From IMG/VR virus record IMGVR_UViG_3300033067_000784, positions 1-32,336 of that record: 32,336 bases of DNA. The stretch is one strand, 5' to 3'. Shown one piece after another: positions 7,954-14,408 of the stretch. The DNA is from a virus (taxonomy: Duplodnaviria; Caudoviricetes). Position numbers and translations under genes: made by a program. The notes beneath the pieces were generated by a model. The model saw nothing but the letters and a program-made list of their open reading frames with translations, made no database searches and was not told the origin of the DNA. The stretch's first letter is position 1, and each line of letters opens with the position of its first letter.

Positions 7954-9114
7954 TCACTCGCTCAACGTCCCATCGCTCGCCAGCTTGGCACCCTTGGCAA
8001 ACTTCGACAGGAACTTGTCCCGCAGAACCCAGCCGCTCCGCGCACCCTTCGACATGGGCTGCATCTTGAGAGCCTTCAACGCGCTATCGACTAACTCGGG
8101 GTCGAGCTTCCGAGCCTTCCCGATGTCGTTCACTTCGGTGCAGAAAGAGGTCCAGGTCTGTGCAGCCGCGTCCAGTTCGGGCTCATCGTGCGCGGGCTCG
8201 TGCTTCTCTTCCTTCGGGGCTTCCTTCGCCTCATCTTCGTTCGGGATCTCGCCGGGCTGAGGCTCGGGGTGTACGTCGATCGGGTCTGGGAGAGCAGCCG
8301 CAGAGGTTTGCTTCGCGAGCTTGAGACGGTCGTTGAGCTTCGTCGTTTCGTCAGGCTGCGAGACGATGATCGAGGGGTCCACGCCTTCCGCCTTGTTGTC
8401 GGAGTCGATCGCGTCCGCGAGTTCCACGCTGATCGGCAGATACTTCGCCAGCCGCTTCACCACCGTCTTGCGGGCCATCTCGTCATAGTGATCGGCCCAT
8501 GGTCCAAAGCCTTTCTTGCCGCTCTGCGAGATGGCTTTGATCTTGTCGATCTGCGCCCGCGTCATTAGTTCGAACTGGTGCCCGCCGTCTTTCAGGGTGG
8601 CCACGCCGTACACGAGCCGCATCTTGCCGGGCTCGCCGTCGAGGCAAGGCTTGTGCACGAGTTTGGCGCCCTCGATCGAGTAGTCCAAATCGAACGTGTC
8701 GCCTTCGTACACGATGCGGGCTTCAATGCTCACGATCTGTCCAGAGCGCCGGGCCAAATCGATCAGGCCGCGATAGCCGACCACGAGTTGGCATTCGTAC
8801 CCGCCCTTCTTGTTGTCGTAGAACGGCACCAGGTAGGCCGAGCCGAGAGCCCCGCCGCAGTCGAGTCCGAGCTGTGCCGCAGTCATCACCGATTGCAGAA
8901 TGCTCGTCTGTGAGCACTTCATCAGCAGTTCGTTTTTCGAGACTGCCACCAGTGCGATCTTGAGCAGCCGATCCGCGTCAAGATGTTTGGGGAGCACCGC
9001 CGCGATCGAGTCGCGTCGGCTTTCGAGTAGCTGCTTGAGGCTGTTCGCGGGATTGTCCACGCGACGCGCCACCGCGTTGTTAGGTCGTTCTGCTATTCCG
9101 GTTCCGTCTGACAT
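7954..9114 (-). CDS. recT: RecT family single-strand annealing recombinase
   Basis: VLPKHLDADRL, AAQLGL, AYLVPF, GYRGLIDLARRSGQI, PWADHYDEMARKTV. Confidence 0.95.
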   Translation of the reverse strand: MSDGTGIAERPNNAVARRVDNPANSLKQLLESRRDSIAAVLPKHLDADRLLKIALVAVSKNELLMKCSQTSILQSVMTAAQLGLDCGGALGSAYLVPFYDNKKGGYECQLVVGYRGLIDLARRSGQIVSIEARIVYEGDTFDLDYSIEGAKLVHKPCLDGEPGKMRLVYGVATLKDGGHQFELMTRAQIDKIKAISQSGKKGFGPWADHYDEMARKTVVKRLAKYLPISVELADAIDSDNKAEGVDPSIIVSQPDETTKLNDRLKLAKQTSAAALPDPIDVHPEPQPGEIPNEDEAKEAPKEEKHEPAHDEPELDAAAQTWTSFCTEVNDIGKARKLDPELVDSALKALKMQPMSKGARSGWVLRDKFLSKFAKGAKLASDGTLSE

Positions 9115-9139
9115 GATTCACTCCAATCGTTTCTAGTGT

Positions 9140-10060
9140 TCACCCCTGCAACGCGCGCCGCATCGCATACGGGGCCATCTCAATTTTGTTGAACGCCTCG
9201 GGGTAGCCGGGCCAGTAGCCGTCACGCTCGCACCGTGCGTAAATCTCCATGAGCTTGCGGTTCTGATCGCGGGCAATCTCAACACTCGCGTCCGTCGTCT
9301 CCACCGTGTAGCAAGCGCACCCGTGCGGTGGCGATTTCTCGATCGCGATGAAGATGAACGTGCTCACGGGCCGGCCGATTGCCGCTGCCAGGTCGAAGTA
9401 AAACGCCGCCTGCCGGAAGTATCCGTAATCCGTCATCTCGCGTTGAAACTCTGTCGGGCTCGCGTTGGTGGTTGTCTTGATGTCCGCGATCGCGTTGAGA
9501 GAGTTCGGACGCCACAGGTCCATCTTGCCCTTACACAGGATGCGATGCCCTTCGACTTCCCGCTCTGTGATGATCGCTATCTCTTCGTCGTCTTCGTCGT
9601 CCTGATGCTTCATCACGAGCGCGGCGGATGGTTGAGCGTAGATCGCCGCCGCCATCGCCTCGATTGCTTCGAAGTCGTCGCGACTGATCGCACCCGCAAG
9701 AGCCTCAGAGCCTGCAGGCTTGTGCTGTCCGCAATAGCCCGCCCCGCCGTGCATGTAGCTGGCGTCGTTTGAGCAGTGGTTGCCCGCGTTCTTTCCGGTC
9801 TTGAGGATCGCGGAACATTGAACCGCGATCGGGTGCCGCGTCGTGAACTCATCAGGCTCGAGCATGTACGTGTGAAACGCCGAGCCGAACCGCATCGCAT
9901 CTGTTGGCGTCTTGGGGTTGCGTCGCTGCCAGTCGAGATGCGCGGGGGAGTATTCCTCGATCGTGTCCAGGCTGTGCTTTGAGCAGAGGTGCAGCGCGTG
10001 ATAGGCCGCATCGGGCATCTTCTGCAGGCCGAGTTGGATGGTTTGTTCTGCGAGTGTCAT
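9140..10060 (-). CDS. RecE / exonuclease VIII-like PD-(D/E)XK nuclease
   Basis: YHA..SKHSL, AMRFGSAFHTYMLEP, CKGKMD, IADIKTT, YFRQAAFY; adjacent to recT. Confidence 0.9.
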   Translation of the reverse strand: MTLAEQTIQLGLQKMPDAAYHALHLCSKHSLDTIEEYSPAHLDWQRRNPKTPTDAMRFGSAFHTYMLEPDEFTTRHPIAVQCSAILKTGKNAGNHCSNDASYMHGGAGYCGQHKPAGSEALAGAISRDDFEAIEAMAAAIYAQPSAALVMKHQDDEDDEEIAIITEREVEGHRILCKGKMDLWRPNSLNAIADIKTTTNASPTEFQREMTDYGYFRQAAFYFDLAAAIGRPVSTFIFIAIEKSPPHGCACYTVETTDASVEIARDQNRKLMEIYARCERDGYWPGYPEAFNKIEMAPYAMRRALQG

Positions 10061-10374
10061 CGAAACTTCCCCTGCAAAAAGAGTGTCAGCACGTCGTACA
10101 CATCCAACTCCGCGTTCACAGGCACCTGATGCGAGCGCCGCTCGCCGATGCGTTGGACATAGACGATGTTGGTGGCCGGGTAGAACCACAGCCGCATCTC
10201 GCCTTTGAACATCTGATAGGAGGTCTGATTCGCGGTGAGTATGACGTCCTGTTGCAAGGCTTCGTCAACCGCCGCGTTGTAAACCTCGCGACTTCGCGTC
10301 ACGCGGTCACAGCGCCGCTTGTGCTCGGACTCGCGGTCGAGTTCTGCAAAGATGGATTCGAGACGGTTGCTCAC
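10057..10374 (-). CDS. Hypothetical protein
   Basis: GTG start at 10374 after GGAGG, overlapping the stop of the small upstream ORF. Confidence 0.6.
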   Translation of the reverse strand: MSNRLESIFAELDRESEHKRRCDRVTRSREVYNAAVDEALQQDVILTANQTSYQMFKGEMRLWFYPATNIVYVQRIGERRSHQVPVNAELDVYDVLTLFLQGKFR

Positions 10375-10511
10375 ATCATCCTCCAAATCCGCCACACGAT
10401 GATTCCCACCAACCCAGCCGAGAGAACACAAAGCGCCGCCGACAGCCGCTTCATCTGCCGCAACTCGCGGGCTGTTTGTTCTGCGGTCGGGAGGTCGTCG
10501 CCGTAGCACAT
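10371..10511 (-). CDS. Small single-pass membrane protein (46 aa; absent from the ORF track)
   Basis: Hand translation MCYGDDLPTAEQTARELRQMKRLSAALCVLSAGLVGIIVWRIWRMM; fills the gap and couples to the next gene. Confidence 0.6.
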   Translation of the reverse strand: MCYGDDLPTAEQTARELRQMKRLSAALCVLSAGLVGIIVWRIWRMM

Positions 10512-10522
10512 TGGGTTAAGCC

Positions 10523-10798
10523 TCAGCCGTCAATCGGTTCTTCAATAGGTTCGACGCCTTCTGGTGGCTTGGACCACGCGCCCTTTTTCGTCAGTTCGGT
10601 TTCCCAGAATTCGCGTATCTCTTGTGTGCAATGGGCCACCGCGTCAGCCCACGTTCCTTGCCGTCCGTGCCTCATTTGAAATCGCATCGCGTAGTAAAGG
10701 CTCTGTGCGTTGTGCGGCAACGTTGGCTCATGTTTGACCGCACAGATTCGGCAGTGGCCTTCTTTTGGTGGCAGAAGTGTCATTGATGGCTGTGACAT
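10523..10798 (-). CDS. Hypothetical protein with CxxC..H motif
   Basis: CRICAVKH...PHNAQSLYY...TWADAVAHC; operon tiling. Confidence 0.7.
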   Translation of the reverse strand: MSQPSMTLLPPKEGHCRICAVKHEPTLPHNAQSLYYAMRFQMRHGRQGTWADAVAHCTQEIREFWETELTKKGAWSKPPEGVEPIEEPIDG

Positions 10799-10801
10799 GG
10801 T

Positions 10802-11035
10802 TCACCTATCCGTTTCGCAAAGCCGGTCCATCAGTTCCTCAATCGCCGCGTCATCTGGTCGCGCTACAGGCGGGTGGCTGGTGAATCCCTCGCGGTCGAG
10901 CATCGCCTCAACGGTCGCGTCGAGGCGCGCGGCAATGTCATACGTGCCCCCGTGAATCTGCCGCCGAATGTTGAGCAGGCGACGCTCGCGGGTTTCTCTG
11001 CTGAAGTCGCCGAAGGTTCGGGAATGAAGACTCAT
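10802..11035 (-). CDS. FlgM-like anti-sigma-28 factor (C-terminal domain)
   Basis: RERRLLNIRRQIHGGTYDIAARLDATVEAML resembles the FlgM sigma-binding helix motif R..(V/L)..I+..I..GTY....LD. Confidence 0.6.
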   Translation of the reverse strand: MSLHSRTFGDFSRETRERRLLNIRRQIHGGTYDIAARLDATVEAMLDREGFTSHPPVARPDDAAIEELMDRLCETDR

Positions 11036-11259
11036 TAGATTCCTCTCTGTTGGAGTTTGACGATGTTGGGCTTTGCCGCCGCTGCCTGTTCGCGTCGAAT
11101 CGCCTCAGCGATTTCCTTCCGATGGATGGGAAACGATGGAGGCGCCGCGATGCCGATGCCAACCGTGTCAGAGCCGATGCGAGTGACCATGATTTCAATG
11201 GTGCCGTTCGGCGTGTCGATGACGATTGACTCATCCTTGTGGCGTGTGAGGCAGAGCAT
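11035..11259 (-). CDS. csrA: CsrA/RsmA family RNA-binding translational regulator
   Basis: MLCLTRHKDESIVI...IEIMVTRIGSDTVGIGIAAPPSFPIHRKEI; ATG at 11259 with AGGAGA ribosome-binding site. Confidence 0.92.
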   Translation of the reverse strand: MLCLTRHKDESIVIDTPNGTIEIMVTRIGSDTVGIGIAAPPSFPIHRKEIAEAIRREQAAAAKPNIVKLQQRGI

Positions 11260-11344
11260 CCTGTCTCCTGTTAGTTTGAAGCCCGGTCGGCCAGGGATTG
11301 CCAACCGACCGAGCCGGATTGCGCGGGAACGTCCCGCGAGTGAA

Positions 11345-11502
11345 TGACTTGGACGGGAGTTGAACCCGCTACAGAACCGACGAGAACGAGAACCGCGTAT
11401 CTGCTTTGCGCTCGCCCGCACTACTTTAAGCCAGAGCAACCCAGCCAACTTCATGCGTCCCTCACGGGTCGTCGGGTGCGTCACCGTCCGCACCGCCAAG
11501 TC
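11345..11502 (-). ncRNA. tRNA-like RNA with expanded anticodon domain, copy B
   Basis: Acceptor GACTTGG/CCAAGTC plus A, D-arm GTGC-GGACGGTGAC-GCAC, stem CGACGA/TCGTCG, T-arm GCGGG-TTCAACT-CCCGT. Confidence 0.85.
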
Positions 11503-11668
11503 GTACCTCAGCACACACTGAGGCCGGGCCAAGTCTCCGAGCAGGTCGATGCTCCATGGCCCTGAAGCCGCGCCGCATCCCGTTAAGGAAGCAGCGGGTG
11601 GTTTAGCGCCGGGTCTGGTCGACGTGAGGGGGACACGGTCGACAAGGGGGCAACAGACCCGGCGTGGT
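11503..11668 (-). ncRNA. Array of four hairpins upstream of copy B
   Basis: CGCCGGGTCTG/CAGACCCGGCG stem with two CCCCCT loops; GCTGC/GCGGC, GGGCCA/TGGCCC and CCTCAG/CTGAGG stems. Confidence 0.5.
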
Positions 11669-11995
11669 TCAGTTTGCGGATGCGGTCTTGTTCGCTGCCG
11701 CCGCTTCACGCCCCGCCATCACGATTCGATTCAGCATGACGACAGACGCGAGCATGAGTTGATCGGTGCGGATCTGCGGGAGCATCGCCTTCGCGGTGTA
11801 GCCCGCGTCGCAGAGCATGTTGATCAGGCCCGTCGCGGTCGTCTGCGCGATCGCCTTCTCTTCGGGTGTGAGGTTGAGCGATTCGATCTCGCCGACTAGG
11901 AGGGGCTTGTGCTTCTTGCATGCGGACGCGACTTCTTGCGAGAGGGTTTTCTTTTCTGCCTCAATTACGCCCATTGATCGTTCAAAATCTGACAT
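11669..11995 (-). CDS. Hypothetical protein
   Basis: 108-aa ORF with AAGGAG ribosome-binding site. Confidence 0.7.
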   Translation of the reverse strand: MSDFERSMGVIEAEKKTLSQEVASACKKHKPLLVGEIESLNLTPEEKAIAQTTATGLINMLCDAGYTAKAMLPQIRTDQLMLASVVMLNRIVMAGREAAAANKTASAN

Positions 11996-11997
11996 CG

Positions 11998-12555
11998 TTA
12001 CTCCTTAGAAAGTTGTTTGATCGCGGCGTCTCGAATCGCGGCGAATGGGATTCTGGCGCGGACAAGGTCGGCATGTTGCTTGCGTGCTTTTGAGCGGGCG
12101 TCGGCGGCTCGGGCGGCGGCGTAGGCGGCGTCGGCGGCGGCGTAGGCGGCGTAGGCGGCGGCGTAGGCGTAGGCGGCGTAGGCGGCGGCGTAGGCGGCGT
12201 CGTAGGCGGCGGCGGCGTCGTAGGCGGCGGCGCGTGCCTCTCTCACCTGCTCAATCGTCGCCTTCCCTTCACACCACGCCTCAGTGACTTCGATGCACTT
12301 CACTGGCCGTGTCTCGCCAGTCGGGACAAACCTCAGTGCCGCCCGAGCACAGTCGCACGCGGCACGCACGAGTAGCCCGCGGTCGATGTCGATCTTCGCG
12401 CCCAGCCACAGCAGCCAGTCGCCGCGCTCGCACGAGTCCCACACCTGCTGCAGCGACTTTCCATCGGCGGCATGTCGTGCTTCGCTGCACGCGCCGAGCT
12501 TGGCGAGTAGTCGCTGGTAGTCGGCGGCGTCGATTTCGGTTTCTGTCGCGGACAT
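11998..12555 (-). CDS. Imm5-like helical phage protein with Ala/Tyr repeats
   Basis: ACDCARAAL...TRP..CIEVTEAWCEGKAT..QVREAR followed by AAY repeats. Confidence 0.65.
   Translation of the reverse strand: MSATETEIDAADYQRLLAKLGACSEARHAADGKSLQQVWDSCERGDWLLWLGAKIDIDRGLLVRAACDCARAALRFVPTGETRPVKCIEVTEAWCEGKATIEQVREARAAAYDAAAAYDAAYAAAYAAYAYAAAYAAYAAADAAYAAARAADARSKARKQHADLVRARIPFAAIRDAAIKQLSKE
12101..12232. repeat. Low-complexity tandem repeat (GGCGGCGTA / GGCGTC units) encoding AAY/AAD
   Basis: Directly visible repeat units. Confidence 0.9.
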
Positions 12556-12699
12556 GACGTGTTCCCTTCGAAATGAGTTGGTTTACTACAAGGTGTTTAA
12601 AGTCGCGTACGCATCTCGCGTTTCCCTTGCGACGCGGTTGAACGCCTCTGCTGCTTGCTCCTGCTTTCCTTGAACCCCGGAGTCCTCGCCAGAGGGTCG

Positions 12700-12915
12700 T
12701 TACCGTGCCACAGATGGCGCGGGTTGTTGAGTTGCGTCTTGCCCCGTTGGAGTTGGGGCGGATGTGTCGTCGCCTGTCTCCCCGCCGAAGTGCTGCCGGA
12801 TAGCCGCCTCTGCGGTGTCAGGCGTCTCTCCGTAGACGGTGATGTTCTTGCTTGGGAACTCCCGGTCAGGGTCCATGATGTTGATGTAAACTCGTTTTGG
12901 ACGGTTGATTGGCAT
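12700..12915 (-). CDS. Hypothetical protein, first gene of the early operon
   Basis: AAAGGT ribosome-binding site; follows the AT-rich region. Confidence 0.65.
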   Translation of the reverse strand: MPINRPKRVYINIMDPDREFPSKNITVYGETPDTAEAAIRQHFGGETGDDTSAPTPTGQDATQQPAPSVAR

Positions 12916-13085
12916 AGGTTTACCTTTAACGTTCTACAAAATACATCGACACTTTCGTTATGCAACTGCAATCCAAAAACGGATTGCAATAAAAATGTCC
13001 TATAACACTGCAAGGTCTTTGTCGTAAAAGGTTTGTGAGTTCACATTTTTTTGGGATAGTCCGCAAATTGAAAGGCGGGTGGCTG
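12916..13085. promoter_or_regulatory. AT-rich divergent control region with inverted repeat
   Basis: Sharp drop in GC; TGCAATCC-N6-GGATTGCA (12967-12988); TTGCAT-N16-TATTTT on the minus strand. Confidence 0.65.
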
Positions 13086-13412
13086 ATGAAGTGGGAAGTA
13101 TCAGGCGCGTGGAAAGCAGACGGGGCCGAGGGGTCGATGAGCGTTGAGGCACCCAATCAGCGCGCGGCTGAAGCCATCGCATCGCAGCGAGGCATGATGG
13201 TAGAGCAGGCGATTCCCCAGCCAGCGCACGCGATCGTGATGCCGCCGCCCATCCCGTCGTCTGGAAACGACTACAAGGCTTTCAGGCGTCTCGCGGGGAT
13301 CGGGTTTCTCGTCACAGCGCCCGTCGTCGCGTTCAACGGTGATCCGCTGCTGTCAATGTTCGCGACAGGCTGCGGGCTCGTGTGGTTCATCATGGCAATC
13401 GCTCAACGATGA
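13086..13412 (+). CDS. Membrane protein with two C-terminal hydrophobic segments; only plausible plus-strand gene
   Basis: MKWEVSGAWKADGAEGSMSVEAPNQRAAEAIASQRG, Pro-rich linker, LAGIGFLVTAPVVAF and LLSMFATGCGLVWFIMAIA. Confidence 0.7.
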   Translation: MKWEVSGAWKADGAEGSMSVEAPNQRAAEAIASQRGMMVEQAIPQPAHAIVMPPPIPSSGNDYKAFRRLAGIGFLVTAPVVAFNGDPLLSMFATGCGLVWFIMAIAQR

Positions 13413-13447
13413 AACGAAAAAAGCCCGGTATCTGGAATCAGAACCGG
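13412..13447 (-). terminator. Possible terminator between convergent genes
   Basis: CCGGT(A)TCTG-GAAT-CAGAACCGG stem with an adjacent A-tract on the plus strand. Confidence 0.4.
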
Positions 13448-13626
13448 AACTTCAGCGAACGGGAGCTTAGCCGGTCGAAGTTCGGACGGCACCGTATCGC
13501 GTGTTTCGATTCGCGATGGAGCATGTCCCTTATGGCTCTGGGCCGCGACTTGCCGAGCCAGTGAGCGATTGCCGCCTCCTGCGCCGCGTCTTCGCGAAGA
13601 TGCTTCGGTATGCGTTCCATACCCAT
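13438..13626 (-). CDS. Small hypothetical protein (sigma region-2-like EDAAQEA motif)
   Basis: 62-aa ORF starting 3 nt after the upstream stop. Confidence 0.45.
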   Translation of the reverse strand: MGMERIPKHLREDAAQEAAIAHWLGKSRPRAIRDMLHRESKHAIRCRPNFDRLSSRSLKFRF

Positions 13627-13629
13627 TAC

Positions 13630-13905
13630 TTACAACGTCGGTGCGGCGGCTGGCTGTTGCGTCTCGATTTCTTTTCCCCATTCTCGCCGGCACAAGCCAC
13701 GGAACAAGGTAGCCGAGTCCATGCCCAGCTGTGTCGAGGCTCTGATGGCGATGGTCCGCTTCGCCTCGTCAATCCAGTAGGCACACTGCAACTGGACGGC
13801 GTTGTCCCCGTGCAATGCTTCCAGGCATACGAGGGCGAGCTGTAGCGTCGCCTCGACTTCAATTAGGTCCAGTTCGGCGGGAACCACGAAGGTGATCTTT
13901 TGCAT
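13630..13905 (-). CDS. Conserved hypothetical protein of a type recalled from Planctomycete mobile elements
   Basis: EVEATLQLALVCLEALHG...LFRGLCRREWG; AGGAGA ribosome-binding site. Confidence 0.7.
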   Translation of the reverse strand: MQKITFVVPAELDLIEVEATLQLALVCLEALHGDNAVQLQCAYWIDEAKRTIAIRASTQLGMDSATLFRGLCRREWGKEIETQQPAAAPTL

Positions 13906-13970
13906 AGCGTATTCTCCTACTGTTGACCTATGCCGACATCCGGCAACGTGTCCGGTCAAAACTCATAGAC

Positions 13971-14013
13971 CGGAAATCGGGAGAGAATGGCCGCCGCGCA
14001 TCGGAAATCGGGA
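13971..14013. repeat. 12-bp direct repeat CGGAAATCGGGA x2
   Basis: Copies at 13971-13982 and 14002-14013 (31-bp period) in an intergenic region. Confidence 0.8.
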
Positions 14014-14023
14014 ACACAAACGC

Positions 14024-14048
14024 AAAAAGCCCGGCTCATCGCCGGGCT
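14024..14048 (-). terminator. Rho-independent terminator of the late operon
   Basis: AGCCCGGC-N5-GCCGGGCT with a minus-strand T-tract, just after the last tail gene. Confidence 0.8.
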
Positions 14049-14063
14049 ATCTCGTCTGGGTTG

Positions 14064-14408
14064 TCACTTGCCTATCCATTCATCTTTGATTCGCTCATAC
14101 ATTTCGCGCGGCACCTTGAACCGCGAGCCCACGAGCGGGCATTTCTGAATCTGTTCCCACACCGCGACGGGCCATTCCCTGAACTTGTGAAAGCACACGT
14201 CAACCGTCTCGGGCTCGCGTGCCGCCTTCGCCTTCCGCACCACCAGGGGCTGAGGGGTCGAGTGGTCCCAGAGCCCATCAGGACATCGGCCGACGCTCAT
14301 CGGCACCATCTTCCCCTCACAGACCACGCTCGAGGGGTTGAGCGTTTTCCACCTGGGGCATGTCTCGCAGTGCTGCCGCGCGTCTGCAATCAGGTCGTCC
14401 CTAGTCAT
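14064..14408 (-). CDS. Cys-containing hypothetical protein downstream of the adhesin
   Basis: MTRDDLIADARQHCETCPRW...C...CPDGLW...C...CP; start overlaps the upstream gene end. Confidence 0.65.
   Translation of the reverse strand: MTRDDLIADARQHCETCPRWKTLNPSSVVCEGKMVPMSVGRCPDGLWDHSTPQPLVVRKAKAAREPETVDVCFHKFREWPVAVWEQIQKCPLVGSRFKVPREMYERIKDEWIGK

Noticed and set aside
11260-11709. 150-aa N-terminal extension of CsrA in the ORF track
   Set aside because: CsrA similarity starts at ATG 11259, which has a strong ribosome-binding site; the extension runs through structured RNA
12101-12232. CRISPR array or DGR repeat
   Set aside because: No spacers, no cas or reverse transcriptase gene; simple coding microsatellite
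12045-12287. Poly-arginine plus-strand ORF
   Set aside because: Antisense shadow of the Ala/Tyr repeat
12556-12699. CsrB-like GGA-rich sponge RNA
   Set aside because: Several GGA words occur on the minus strand, but not in regular hairpin loops; too weak to call
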